DNA from: the human T2T-CHM13v2.0 reference genome, Homo sapiens
Assembly (NCBI RefSeq): GCF_009914755.1
Contig: NC_060928.1
Length of the DNA: 64,000 nt
Direction: 5' to 3' (one strand)
The notes under the pieces were generated by a model, which saw only the letters and a list, made by a program, of their open reading frames with translations, had not been told where the DNA came from and did no database searches. Positions 40,430-56,944 of the stretch are shown here, piece by piece. Every line of letters starts with the position of its first letter. The stretch's first letter is position 1. The position numbers and the translations under genes were made by a program.

Positions 40430-40740
40430 CATTTTATAGACTTTGAAAGCTTATGCTCATCACTGAAAATTCATGGCTTGTCAAGCTGAACTGCGTGGGT
40501 TGTTTTGCCTTGTGAGCCACGTGCATTAACACTGGCTGTATTGGTGATCACAGAGACTGAGGGCAGCATCTTTATTGGGATAGCCAGCAGTGCTGAATCA
40601 ATCACGTCCTGTTGTGGTTGGATCTGTATGCAGATTGTCTTTGCACAGCATGACTTAATAAAAGCTGGCCATGGTGGTATTTTATTATAATTATGATGAC
40701 TTAGTTGCATTAGCATCAGCCTCAATCACACAGTAAAAGA
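40430..40740. promoter_or_regulatory. Candidate enhancer-like element
   Basis: No recognisable repeat. CACGTG E-box (~40518), PBX-type ATCAATCA (~40597), TAATAAAA HOX13/CDX-type site (~40656). Motif inference only. Confidence 0.25.
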
Positions 40741-41859
40741 ATATTTGGTGGCTGAACTAGGAAGTGTGAGAACCTCCATCATTTGACTACTTCAGATGGT
40801 GTATTCATGATCCTTGAATTAAAATCAGGCAGGTAAAAGGGTTTTCAATGAAAAAAAAACATGAAAAAGGAGTTTGAAAATATATAACTACTAAGGAAAG
40901 GAAAATAAAGCCTTGAAAATTGGTATCGCATAAGCTTACGTGGTATCATTTTGTCGTTTAAAAAAATGTGTCTCTCAGTCTTTACTTAGAAATATGTATG
41001 GAACTTTATTTAAAAGTTTCCCTTAAATGTGAACTTATGTAAAATCCTTGTTTAGAGTCTTTGTTAGGCTACCATTTCAGAATAATAAGATTTTACCCCC
41101 ATGCATGTGATCCAAAGCATTACACCTCTCCAAGCCACCTACTAATCTTGTCTATTCAAATGGGATTTTTTTTTTCTAAATAGGAGACAACTCTGCACTG
41201 TATCCTGCTATTCTTCCAACTGCAGGACCTCATGGAGCGAGAGATCCAAACCTTTCTGAAGTACTTTACCTTCTACCTTTTTCATGCTACTCAGGATTGA
41301 ATCAATTGGAAGCCAACAAAGCCATTCTGTGTTACTGTGCCTCCTGACTGTCAGCACGCTGCACTGTGCATTTAGATAATTCTGCCAGAAGGCATTTTTA
41401 TAAAAACAGCTTTCAAAATCTATTCTTGAAAAGACATTTGTATACTCATTATGCCATTCTATCATTTATCCATAGGGAGTTCTGTAAATAAAACACTGAG
41501 GTCTAATACTATAGTAGCTGATGGCAGTAATCTTGAACAGAGTAATTTCTTTTTCTTTATTTATCTCGATAGTGCACAGCTGGTTATGAAAAAATAATCA
41601 CAAGGCTTTGTTGTTGGTGGTGGTGGCTGCCTTTTTTGGACAGTAAGCCGTGATGACTCAGAGTCTCTGGTAGAAATAATTGCTTTTTATTTTTTGCATA
41701 CACCTGTCCCAAACCTCTTTTACTCTAAGATAAACAAGATGGAAATAGATTTACCTTAAATAGATGACCATCCACATATTGCCATTTTAATTACATAATT
41801 ATGATTTATCTATATCTTCTAAACGTTAAGCATTTGTGAGTGGGTGTTTTGCTATATGA

Positions 41860-42200
41860 CAGAATTAGAAGGTAAATCCTGGGCCGAGATGTGAAGGACG
41901 AGCAGAGCTTTGTTGCCCTCTCCCAGCATAAGGAGGAATACACACAGAGATTTGGAGTATGGAAAGGAATGTGGTTAGGGAAATTTAACTTCTTCAGATG
42001 GCTGTTTTGTCAGGTACCTGCAGGGGGCAGAGTTGCTGAAGGTTCAAATGCATAGGCAGGAACCTGATTGAGGGCATGGAACAAAGGATATGGATTTTAT
42101 TCAATAGGATTAGGGACCATTGAGGTATTTTCTTCAGGAGGTATATGATGTGATATAATTTACCTATTTTGAAGAGTGTTCCAGCAACAGTATGGAGGAG
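41860..42200 (-). mobile_element. L2 fragment
   Basis: ggatatggattttattc...gggaccattgagg...gatgtgatataattta. Confidence 0.6.
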
Positions 42201-43699
42201 AGCTATTATTTAATTATCTTTCCTGGTCAGTTTAAATAATCATAGCATCATTGGCTGAAGTGCAAATAAATAGTATACCAAAAAAGCATTGGGCAAAATG
42301 CAAATAAAATACATTACCTTTATAAATAGCTACATGCTAGCTCTTAACACAGATCATTATTTTTTAAAATTTAAACCACTCAACTGATCTCATATAGACC
42401 AATCTTTAGCTGTTAAAAATATGAATGTTACAAGCTAACCCCTAACTTATACCTTTATTAAAACACAAGTATTGAAAATTTTAAAAGAAAACTAACAGTA
42501 ACAAAGACACACATTTTTTCAAGCAATTTATTATGTGATGCTGACATTTTTGAGAGACCTTAGACAATGATTTTTATTTACTAATGTTAAACATTACAAA
42601 GTAAAATTAATATAAGTAAAATAGTATTTTTAAAAGGTAGATCACAAGAATATACTATTAGTAGTAAATATTTAAAAGTACCCCCCCAAACTACATTTCA
42701 TTACTATATTCTGTCATCCAGGTACATACCTTGGAAATGTTTTGGCACAGAGTATATAATAACAAAAACAAAATTGGATAATGGCATTGTTCTACCTTTA
42801 TATCTCTGATTTTTTAACACAGCAGAATTTAATAAATGCTATGTGTCTGCATATAAATGTATGTGTGTATGTATTTAACAAACACCATGTAGGCCTTATT
42901 ATGTGCAAGATACTGTCATCAGCACTTTTTTTCAGTTATTCTCATATATTTAAAAGAATAAATGAAGGCACAAATGAAAATAAAGAAGATATGGTAATCA
43001 TATAGCTCATTAATGTTCAGATATTTTTCTCCACTACCACAAGACTGATCACTTTGTTGTCTGAATTGCCATGCTGTCTACAGACCCCTCATCTAGTTAC
43101 AAAACTGGATGAAATGCTTTATGCTTGGTTGTTTTCATATACTTGTCATATAATTCTGTTTCTGGGTGTTGTTATTACCAGAAAGGTTGATAATTTGCAA
43201 AATAAGTACAGATAAGTGAAAAGAGTTCTTTTAAAAACCTAATCTTTTTTCTTATACCCCAGGGAGAGGCAGGGCTAGAGAAAGAGCAATTCAGGGTCCT
43301 CTGAGTGTTCTCTTCATTGCGATACTCATAGAATTAACTGTGCTTTTTTCTCTTTTCTGGATTTTGTATATTGTATGACTGACAAAACCACCCCTATTTA
43401 TCTCTTTTTTTTTACCCCTTTGTGTATGCATATGTGGTTTTTTTTGTTCTCATATATATGAGAACATATTTCATATATATTTAAATATTTAAATATATAC
43501 ATCTAAAGATATACATATTAAATATACACACCTAATATATAAATACATAAATTATATTTATATTTGTAAATTTATATAAATTTTACTCATGGTAAATATA
43601 TGATTATCATTCAATCAAAATATGGAATATTAAATGATTAATTTACGCATATATTTCCATAATATTAGTCATCTAATTATATATTACTCTTTGTTAAAA

Positions 43700-44070
43700 C
43701 TTAAAAGGCCTGGAATTAAATCCTGGCTTGATGTATGCATGAAGTGATTAATTAATTCATTTATTAGTTAAACTCATATTTTCTGAAGACTTGTTTCATG
43801 CTAGTGGGAGCCCCCAGAGTATCACAAGTTTAGTGGGTAAGACACCCTGTGTATTAAGAATTATTCAAGTGCTCTTGTGCAGGGACCTACCTAACTAACT
43901 TTCACAAAATCATTCAAATAATCTAAAGTTCATTGTCTTTGTTTCCCTTTGATAAAGTGAGGATAACAGTATTTGTCCTACTACCTAGGAACAGAGTTCT
44001 AATGCTAATTAAATAGGATAACAGATACTACAAAGCACTTCCTAAGCCTGAAAGTGCTGTGTTGTATAAA
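43700..44070 (+). mobile_element. Fragmented MIR (with an L2-like piece inside)
   Basis: ggcctggaattaaatcctggct...; gaggataacagtatttgtcctactacc...aaagcactt. Confidence 0.45.
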
Positions 44071-44359
44071 TGATTTAGTAGTTCACTGCTTCTCAAAGCT
44101 GATTATCTACTAGTTTGTTCTGCATAAGAAACTGAAGGCTGCTTCCCTGGAGTTTCTTCCAGGGAATGCTGCGTTGTTTTCATGGGGTAAACCACACACG
44201 TCTTCCTTTTCTTCTACAATTTTGCAAGGCAGTTATAAATTGTCATAATCTTCTCTGTCAAGATGAGCATTTCAGGTGTATATACCTGTTTTATACATAA
44301 TATAGTTTTAAATATCTTGCAGTTGCCAATAATATCCTCTGATTATTCCTGTTTTAATT

Positions 44360-44462
44360 TTTTAAATTGAGACTATTTTTAGAGCAGTTTACATTTACAG
44401 AAAAATAGAACAGTAAGTGCAGAGAGCTCCCATATACCCACTGTCCTCCCACACACGGCTTC
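44360..44462 (-). mobile_element. L1MC/MD 3'-end fragment
   Basis: gactatttttagagcagtttacatttacagaaaaat...cagagagctcccatatacc. Confidence 0.75.
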
Positions 44463-44529
44463 AAGTTTGTTTTTTAATCACATGTGGTTGTCGGAATTGT
44501 ACACATTATCCCAGATGTGATCTAGAACT

Positions 44530-45110
44530 AACTTTCTGTGATGCTAAGTAGAGGGAGAAGTCAAAGATGATACCCATGGTGTGCAGTGCCATTGGGATGT
44601 CAGTCATTTACTCATTTCAGTCTCCAGGAAAAAGTACAGACGAGTGAGTAGAGAATGATTTCAGTTTTTATATATTATGTTTGAGGCATCTGTGAGATAC
44701 CCATGAAGTCAGGTACATGAGGTACCTAGTGTGAGATTGTGGCTCTCAGGAAAGAAAGCTCTTAACAGATGAAGTGATGGTGGAGTTATTAGTGCAAAGA
44801 CAGCTGAGATCCCTGAAAAGTGGGGTTGAGCAAGAGAACAAAGAGGACCCAAGAGAGGGCATAGAAAAAACTGAAGGAACAACAGAAGATGGAGATGTTT
44901 CAAGAAAAATCAGAGTTGTATTTGTTTGGTTTGGTTCTCTGCAGAGGCAAAATGAGGAAAAGGGTCTTTGCATTTGATTTGGCCTTACTGGCTTCAGTGG
45001 TCTTAGCAGAGCATTAACATCACAGACTGAAGCTGGTTCGAGAGTCCTGAGACATCAAGAAATAGAGACAGTTGCTACAAGTGAGTTCAGAATTTGGAAT
45101 TTGAAAAAGA
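44530..45110 (-). mobile_element. L2 fragment
   Basis: agtcaaagatgatacc...gtttgaggcatctgtgagatacccatg...cagactgaag. Confidence 0.65.
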
Positions 45111-45984
45111 GAACAGAGTTATCCGTGTTTGCAAATAGCACTGAAAATCAGGAAGTTAGAAGTTAACTTTATGGCCAGAATTTTGGAGGATGTTTTATCT
45201 ACTTTCAGCTGGACTCTCTTTTATCATCGCAGGTTTCTTCTTGGCACTTTCCTCGCTAGCTGCCAGACAACATGCTCTGATTTTTACTCAGTCATGTATT
45301 GTTTTTGTCTCCCCAATACTAGTAGAAATAAACATCCCATCCATGTTTATATTGATTCTAGGTTTTAATTTTTCTGTTTGAATGTATATTTCATTTGCTT
45401 ATGTGTGGATTATAGTGTCATTTATCAATTATAATTTCCATTAATTCTGGAATATTTAATTATATTTTGTTAACATTTGTGATATATTTTAACTCTGTAT
45501 TTAGCTCCGTCAATAATGTCTATCCTTTCGACAATACAAAATTCTAATGATATTATAAATTCATGCAGTTATACTTCAAATTAATTGGACATTTAACCCA
45601 TGAAAAACCTATATATAAGACAGTCATTGAATTCAAAATACAGAACATTCAATAAAGCGTTAGTTTTAGGATGCTACAAGTGTACGATGATACAAGCGTA
45701 CTTTGTGGTATTCAAGCAATCTTGTAAAACATGCCAAGCAGCTTAAATGAGCCTACTAAAATAAAAAATATTAAATATGGTAAAAAAATTATTTAAAAAA
45801 TTATTTATATCAAATGTTGCACTAATGGGGTAAGTAAAACTTTATTCTTTTATGCTATGGCTGGATTATAAAATAATAGTAGCATAATATAATTTTTCAC
45901 AATTATAATTTATATAAGAAAAATATTTTGTTCAAGTTACAGAAGAATTTTAATTGAGATAATATTACAATAAAAGTGCCTATA

Positions 45985-46190
45985 CCACAGTCTTAAGTCT
46001 AGAACCAGTCAGGGTTTCAATCCAGGCTTTGTCATTTAGGAGCTGTGTGTCCCTGGGCGAACCATAAACTCTCTGATCCTCAGTTTCTGCATTTATATAA
46101 TAGGGCTAATAATGGTAACTACTTCATAGGTATTTGTGAATTTTAATTACGTTAATATATGTAAAGTGATCGGAATAATAATTGAATATG
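45985..46190 (+). mobile_element. MIR SINE
   Basis: gctgtgtgtccctgggc...ctctctgatcctcagtttctgcatttatataatagggctaataat. Confidence 0.75.
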
Positions 46191-46224
46191 CATTACTTGA
46201 ATCTAATCTCTCCCCTATTTTTGT

Positions 46225-47490
46225 TTATTGACTCAGTCTACAAGTGTTCCTTGAGTACCTAATGCATATCAATCATTATAATATGGTCTTAATACTTAAA
46301 ATGGTTGCAGGTGTACCCTTGAGAAAGCTCACAGTCTGGTAGGTAAGAGTTATATCAAACAATTAATTGCTACAAGGAAAAAGTTACAGTGATATTACAC
46401 TATGTAAGAGGGTGTCTCTCCTAGAACTTTATCACACAAAAACCACCCTTACTGAAGAGCTATAGTAAACTGAGACCAAAGTATGAAGGTTTTAGCCACC
46501 TGAGAGGGATAAGTTCCAGGGAATGTCCCAGGTAGACAGTAGAGTGTCTGAGCATTCAGAAGATGCATCAGAAGATGATGGATGAGGATAATGTTGTTAA
46601 AGATAAATGCACTGACTGAAGAGAAATACAGGTGTGATGTGAGGCAGGAGATGGAAAAGAGAATGATCTCATAGAACCCAGAGTTCCTGTTAAGGATAGT
46701 AACTTATGTACCCTAAATCATTTTGGTTTTGTTATTGTTCTCCTACTATCATAAAGGTGACATTATTAGATTTGTATCTTTTAATGGAGGGGGACTTTCT
46801 ACTTTATTGTGTGAATTTGGCTTAATGAGCATATGTATAAATCCTATAAGTCTTATTATGATGGTTATTCTGACTGATATGGTCAGAGTATGATATGGGG
46901 AAGATTAATTGAATGGTAAAAGTGGGTGTGGAGAAATGAGGAGGCAATTTAGTAATATAGAAGAGGGATTTTTAGCATCCTGGCATAGAAGGATGGCCAT
47001 AGAAATGAAGAAAAGAAGATAGATTTTAGAATCCCTAGAAGATGTAATTGGTAAAATGTGGTGATAGGTAGGTAGAAAAAGAGATGAGTATACTATGTTT
47101 TCAAGGTTTCTGGTTTACACAAATGAGATAGGAAATATAGGATGAGATATAGCCTTAGCTATAGGGGAGTTCATAAGTTGAGCATGAGACTTTTTTTTTT
47201 CAAATTAGTTCTTGATTACTCTAGAACTTAGAGCAAACTATGGACTGTCTACATAAATCTAGGAGTCATAAAATAGAGATGGAAATTGAAAACATAGAAC
47301 TGGATTGAGTTATGGAGAAGGAAAGAATATGGAATAACAAAGAAAAGCGCTTAAGAGCACCTACTGCCCTAAGGAATGCGGGCATTTAATGATCAGTTAA
47401 AGAAGGAGGAACTAATAAAGGAAGCTAAAGAGGAATCCATGGGAATGTGGTGACTTAGATGTCTAAGAAAGAGATCAGAAGTTTGAGAAG
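46225..47490 (-). mobile_element. Long decayed L2
   Basis: Starts with the reverse L2 tail (ttgagtacct..., agctcacagtctggtagg) and continues through purine-rich L2 motifs. Confidence 0.6.
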
Positions 47491-48359
47491 AATTGAGAAT
47501 TTCAGATAAACATGTGGATTGCCATGTGTTAGTATATCCTGCTCAAGGGTGGTATCCATAAATTTTATACAGATATAACTGAACTCTGAGATTTTTCCAT
47601 AGTACTTAGAAGCTAAGATGATTTGTATCTGTTTAGGGTTGGAGCTACTTAGGGCACATGTAACAAAAGCTTGAAAATATAAACAAGTTTAGGTTAATGG
47701 TAGAGATACAGCTGCTTTGATGAACCACTGAATCTAAGTTGATTGGTCTTTCATCATTATTCTCATCCATCATCTTCTGACTAAGGATAGAATTGAAGTC
47801 AGAAAGCCTGATAGAAATGAATAAAGTCTAAGTTGTTGGTAAAAGGTGAATGATTTTCCCATCTCATCATGTCTCAATCACCACAAGGACACTGTCTTGA
47901 AAGAACGTTGTCTCTCCATTCAGTTCTTGGGAAGAACTATAATTAATCATGTTGATCAGAGCTGGACATTTGTTGAAACAAGTTTTGCTAGCAAGCTAAA
48001 ATATTGTACCTCCAAAGCAAGAGCCAGTTTGGCTTCTTCCTTTTTAACTATCTGGCTTCCTGCTTTGTGCTTCATTTGCTTCTCCTCTGCCTTTGGTGAA
48101 TGATATTTTGCATCATGTCTCTCTGTGAGAGACAAAGCTTGTGAAGAGGGCTCTTCAGACACAAAACATGCTGATTCTGACCCCTTCATCCAGCAAATCT
48201 GCATGCTTAGCCACGCAGCTGGGTGGGTAGGTTCACTTACCTCTGTGAGCAGTTCCAAGACCTAGATTCAGAGTGGGAAGATCCCTTTCAACCTCAAGTC
48301 TAAACTACATTCTACAACTTGACATAATGAAGAGATTATGAATGGTGTTCCTGCCTGTG

Positions 48360-48540
48360 TATGATCCCAAATAGTGAGACCTTGACTAAGTTACCTAACC
48401 TCACGATTCTTCATCTAAAAATGGGAAATGAATAACACTGTCACAGGTTGGTAGTGAACATTGAACAAGTTAATACAGGGAAAGCATTTACGCAGTGCCT
48501 ACAGCATCACACTTAATAAATCTTAGTTTATAAAAATTAT
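48360..48540 (+). mobile_element. MIR SINE
   Basis: gaccttgactaagttacctaacctc...catctaaaaatggga...aaagcattta...cagtgcct. Confidence 0.75.
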
Positions 48541-50994
48541 TGTTTTATCAAAGAGCGTTTTATGGCAGTTTAGAGAGTCCTTAGATTTATTTTTAATTTT
48601 TTAAAATTTTTATTTAAAGTATTTTGTTTTATTCTTTCTCATTTGATTGGCGATCCTTGAATACGTATTCCTCCTTTGCTCTAGGGGAAAGAGGGATAGT
48701 GGGAAGTGTGGACACTCTGAACCTCTAAGAGCAGTGGAAGAACAGGTATCCTAAAGGTAACTGAGCAGATAAAAGGAAAAGACAGGAAGTTGGTCCTGGA
48801 AGTATGGGCAGCATGAATACGTACCATGCTAGAGTCATATAGCTGGGAAGACATGGAACCCAAATTTGAACCAAAGACTCAAAAGGCTCCTAAGTCTTAC
48901 TCTTCCCCCAACACTATTTTTCAGTTGTTTTCAGTGCACCTAAGAAAATTAAGTGGCAGTCATTTATTAAGCCAGAATAAAAAACAAAGTTGATTTATCT
49001 GCATGAAACTTGAATTACATCAACTAGCTTAATTTTTTTGTTGGAGTAAAAACAAAGCTATGGAAACAGATGAATTCATCGCTTATTTAAAAAACCAGCT
49101 CTTGAAAATTTCATGTTTGTTATATTTATTGTTGTAGTACTTTGTAAGTTGTCTATATTCAGTTATTTAACTGAGTATATTACCTATTCAGCCTAAAGAA
49201 ATAAAAGGAATATAGTATTATTGTGATAAGGGAGAAAATTTATTTATCTAGGTACAAGGAATAACATGGGATGTTAATTTTAACATGTGCATTACCCAAC
49301 TAATATAGCTTTTGTTTCCTTTATCACATTTTTCCATACTTCCTACCCTACACAATTTGCCTCGAGTATTTAAATGTGGAAAAATAACGGGGTAATAAGG
49401 TAACATATTTTTTCAATTAAAGCGTGGTAAAGGATTTTGAATTTTTTAATAAAGAATTTTACTTTTTTAGTATTAAACAACAAAATATTGAGATACCTAA
49501 GAAGGTAATATAAGTTGAAGTACTTTATAAGCTTTAAATAGTGTATAGCTGTAAGATGATACTGCTATTAAAAAAATAAGTAATACTATTTATATAAAAT
49601 TCTCAAATTTCTCGAGATATATCTAAATTATTTTCATTATAATAGTGCATTTAATAATCATATCAAATTACATTTATATCCAAAGCTTGTTGGTTAAACA
49701 AATACATGTTTAAAATAGTTGAGCTTGTGAAAATGAAGTTTGGCTCTATTTAATCTTTTGGGATCCAGATGCAACTTGAAAATGGAAAGAAATCATATTA
49801 ATTTAAAATATTGCTATGTCATACATTTTTTTAAGTTGATTCAGAAAATCCAAGTGCCATCAAATGAAAAATACATCTAGATTGTAACTATATTAATCTA
49901 GATATATAATAAGGCAATGCTGCTTTTATTTTGCCTTACAATGAATCATTGCTCAGTTATCATATATTGAAACATACTATTGGCAAACCATACACCAATT
50001 CCCAGCAGTTTTCACTGGAGACAGTGTTACAAGAGGCCATTGAATTTCACTTTTTTGAACCTCCGTTGCTGGGGCATTGGTTGCTGGATTGTTATTCTGT
50101 TAGCATGATGAACTAATTGACCTAGCAGGGCTCCCTGTAGAATAACAGCTTCTGCTTAGTTCATCAGGAGTACAATTTGTTGTTTCATTTCCTCTTCTAG
50201 TCCCATTGGGGAAATTGAATTGAGAAAAGACTACCTACTGGGAGCGTTCAGTGCTCATGACTGAATAAGTAACTTTATTTATGTATTTATGTATTTATTT
50301 ATTTGGTACTGTCTTAATTAGCAAAGAAGGAATGACTCTATTAGGCAAGAGTCGACTGTGTTTTTGATACAAATGAATAAGCTCCGTTAGCAAAACATTT
50401 GATTCACAGAGACTTGTCATAGTCAGGGCCCCTTGCAGGTGCAGATCTTACATAAAATTTTAATTTGCTATGGTAGAGCAGTTTTCTGTTTTATAATTGT
50501 TATTCATTCAATGAAGACATTGAAGACAAGTTAATGGCTGTTAACTGGACTTAAAAAAAAAACAAAAACAAAAGCAAACACCCATAAGTTGGAAGTTTGG
50601 AAGATAGATTCATTGGGCCGCATACAAACATGAAATGTCAACTTTGCCTCAATAAAGATGAATTATTTATCTACAGCAGTGTCCAAATGTGGACTTGAAC
50701 AGTTTGTCATTAAATTTTGAAGCCTTTACAATTTTTCAGTTGCATCATTGTTTCATTAGTGTGTGCATTCTTAGTCAACAACAGAGAACATACTATCTGA
50801 ATGTAATGAAGAATGAAGTCTGATGATACATTTTACATTTTTTAAGAAGCTATTACTAGTTTCTATTGTGTCTTAGCAAATTCTTAAGTGTATTAAGCAG
50901 ATGTTCTAGGCTATGATTTAAACGTCCCCTATATTACAATCTCACATATTTTCTAGAACACTGTTCAATTTGTTGCTTAGCCTGAGAGTAGGGG

Positions 50995-51300
50995 AAGAGT
51001 AGCATAGTCATTATAAACTCTTGCTCTGAAATAAGATATCCCTGATTCACATCTCTGCTCTATCCCTCACTTGCTTTGTGACCCTGGACAAGCAGCTTAA
51101 TTCTCCGAGTTTCATAAGGTTAAGTTTTGGATAATGAGTGTTCCTATAAGGGAAGCTCTTGGAAAAGTGCCTAGCACATAGGAACTGCTCAGTGGGTGTT
51201 AGCAGTTATTACATGTATTTCCTAATAATCCAGTGCAAAACCTGGTGCAAGGTGTGTGCTCGAAAAAGTTCACCAACGAATGAATGCATGAATGAATGAA
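50995..51300 (+). mobile_element. MIR followed by an L2 tail with (GAAT)n
   Basis: tgctttgtgaccctggacaag...aaagtgcctagcacatagg; gaatgaatgcatgaatgaatgaa. Confidence 0.65.
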
Positions 51301-52544
51301 CAAGGGGAAATCTTGCCCAGAAAACCTAGAATTATTAGAAATCCTTGTCTGTCCTACATATTTAAACAAAACAGCACATTTCTGTATAGTTATAAAATTA
51401 TACCCAAATGTAGAAAAGGCTCTAAATAGCTTGGAATCTGTATTTATATAGGAGAAACTTAATATCCACAAAATCATTACAGTATCTTGTAAAGAATTGA
51501 GAGTTTACTCACAAGATCGTATGAGTCCAGATGACTAGAAATAGCATTTAAAGGGTCTACCATTAATACAATATTGTGAAATACTGGTATTTTTTTCTGG
51601 AGTATGATTTATAACATTTTTATGAACCTCTGTAAAAGATTTTATTTGTATATAATTCTCTGATTTTTGAAGTGAGGGAGAAAGACTCTTCTTGTGCTAA
51701 GTTTGTACATGTTCTATGCCAGATATTCTGAATTTAAAAAATACATATAACACATGATTTCTTTGTCCAAAAAGTTTATAATCTATCTACTTGGGTTGGC
51801 AGTTGTGATGCATAATAATTAGGATTTAACATATACACTACACTGCCTATTATATATATATATAGCATTAAATAATGTATCACATACTCTAAATCCATAC
51901 ATTAGGAATTTAAGAAAATAAAGAAATTTTCTTCAACCACTGAGTATGTCCTGCTTCCCTTTGGATTGTATTTATGTGAAACTGTTGAAGTAAGATAATT
52001 GTCTAATTGGATTTCTTAGAATTCTCAGAAAGTTTTGAAATCTAGGAAAAAAGGTGAAAACACAGAATTTGTATTATGGGAGTTGTTTTATATTATACTA
52101 AGAAATAGGAGGACAGAAACATTTTTTTCTTTTCATGATTGTTATTTAAGTAATAAGATGTGTGAGAGTGTAAAGCATAGTGTCTGGCACATAATAATCT
52201 TTGTGCTTGCCGTTCTTCACTCCTTTATAAATCCATGATTATCAACAGGAAAACATGGAGGCTATTGTAATCAAATTTAACCCAAATGGAAGGTGGTATT
52301 AGTAGACTCAGTGGTCCATGGTGGCCATAATGAAGCTTCCATAAGAGATGTTATTTGGAAACCAACCAGTTATTTCTGTTTTTGGCTAATTCTTCAAAAA
52401 AAAATCTCCATTTGGGTTCTTTCTTTTAGAGGAATGTGGTATTTTTAAATTAATTTAATTTAAAAATTTTTCTCAATATTAGGACATAAGATGACTCGAA
52501 TACATATATTCATATGATAGAAGAGTAATTTTTATCTTTTTAAA

Positions 52545-52970
52545 ATATGACAGCAACAATAATATTCACAAACTGTCCTATCAACAATGAAATACAAAAA
52601 AATAAACTGGAGAATATTCGAACAATGGATTATCATATAACAATAAACAAATATTGCTACATACAGCAACACAAAGTCTTCCAGCATAATGTTGAACAAA
52701 AAAATATCCAGGCACAAAATGGCTTCCTTTATATAAATTTTATTTCTTCAAAGTTCAAAAATGGCAGAACTAATCTGTAATAACATCAAAGTTGCTTTTT
52801 CCTTTAGGGAGATAAATGACTGAAAAGAGTTATAGGGGAGGGAGTTGCTAGTAATGTTTTGTTTTCTTGCTGCAAAAACACAGATGAGTCCATTTTGTTA
52901 AGCTTCATTGAGCTGTATATGTATGATTTGTGCACTTTTAGGTTTGTTTATTACACTGTTCTAAAATTCA
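52545..52970 (+). mobile_element. L1ME-like 3' end
   Basis: aaataaactggagaatattc...aaagttcaaaaatggcagaactaatct...cattgagctgtatatgtatgatttgtgcacttt. Confidence 0.75.
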
Positions 52971-54029
52971 ACACAGTCTCTAAGCAACTTATTTAAAACA
53001 GCTCTTTTAGTAACTATACTAGAAACAGAAACACCGGTCAATATAATCTGGGAAAAATAATTATTTTTCAGTTCATGAAGAACAAAACTAGACTAACAAA
53101 TGTTCTAGAAACGCCTGCCTTTTGTTATTTATCCTTGACTTACCAAATGATATCTTCCCCCTCCCTGGCCCTGCCATCTCTTCGACTACCCTCCTTCAGC
53201 GTTGCTACTTGGCAGGCATTTGTGAGGAACTTGACTTTGGAGTCTCAGTAGCTTAGTCCCAAACAAGCCAGCACAACATCAGCAAACTCAATTGGCAGGA
53301 ACATAAAAGTATCTTCAGAAGGCCAAGGGATATAATGTGAAATCTCTGTTTGCCTACCTTTTTTGTTTGAGTTAAGCTAAATGGAAGTGATTTCAGCAAA
53401 ATATGAGATGTCTCAGGCTTTTGATTGAATTCTGGATGTGGAAGTAGCTAGGGAAAACTAAAAATTTTTTTGGAAAGTTCAAGCCCCTAAGTTTCCAATG
53501 AAAAATTTGCATAGTGGAGGAAAGCCAAGGACCAAAGATAATATCTACTGCACTGTGAAAGGCCTATTCTGTGATCAAAAGCAAAAATAAAACAAAACAC
53601 TTTGATTGGCAGTGCTCAAGATAACCAAGTCTTTTCAAGCAGATGCTGTGATAGGGGAACCCATATAGAAAAGCAGAGAAAAAATGCGAGAACCGTGGTG
53701 ATCAGCAACTATTGTTATCTCCACCTGCATCAAAATAGTGATAAATGTAAGTAAATTATAAAGTTCCATACAAAATACAGTGAGTTGTATGCTTAATATT
53801 AACGGGTTTTACTCATTTGTTTAACAGAGGCTTATTAAACAGTTTTTTCATCTCAGCGATTAGCTGGGCTTGTAATATCCAGACCATCAGACATCTAGCT
53901 CCAAGGACTCATAACCAGATGATAGGAGAAAGAAGCTGAGATTATAATACTGCGATAAAAACATTTATATAAAAATGTAGTTATTCCACCAGAAGAATGT
54001 AAACCACAGCCCCTAAGCCCTTGCCAAAC

Positions 54030-54390
54030 CCCTTCTCAGACCTTGACCTTCCATTAATTTGTCTGTTTGAACCCTAGGATTTTGCACATTTTGATTTTTT
54101 GTTCTAGGTGAAAGCTTGAGAGTTCCTTGCCTCTACTATGCCCAGATCTCAGCCCAAAGCCATCCCTGATCCCCTTTCCCCTGCAGGACGAAATTTCAGT
54201 TTGCTGACTCTGCTGTGCTCAAAGAACCTTCGTTTTTTGTGATTATGTGCTTATTTTTAGTTTATTTTTTTACCTCCTTCTAGCGCTACTGGATTATAAG
54301 TTACTTTGGGATCAAGGCCATTTCTATCTCACTCATTGTGGAAACCCAGCTTCTATCGCTCTAATAGTCCTTGAGTAAATGATGAGTGAG
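54030..54390 (+). mobile_element. L2 3' region
   Basis: tttgcacat...aagccatccctgatccc...ctactggattataagttac...agtaaatgatgagtga. Confidence 0.5.
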
Positions 54391-54727
54391 CTGCAGTCTG
54401 AGAAGCCTAGGGGACAGAATGACTCAGCTGCTTGGAGGAACCAAGAAAAGCTTGGAACAGAACAGAGTTTGCATCGCTGTGGCTCATGGTGTTGCTCTAT
54501 AATTACTTAAGTGACAGTTTTCTTATACAGACACTTTGTCCTAGACAATATGTAAATGGAAAGAAAGAATACCATCTACTTCTAAATTAACAGCTCCTGG
54601 GGCTGCTTCTCCCACCCCCACCTCCCATATGCACTTGTGCTCATATGCATTTGCATGTAATTTCTGTAGTACCACAGATCTGCTAAAGCCCATCAGAGAC
54701 TGCAGCTCACGAAAGCTGCCATGTTTT

Positions 54728-56840
<2,113 letters not shown>

Positions 56841-56944
56841 AAAAAGCCTGATGTTTTGAAGCACTGGCTTCCTCATTTTTTGTGTGCCCAGACACAGCTT
56901 GTCGAGGCACCACATTCAGCTTCTATGTACCTTTAATTAACTAG

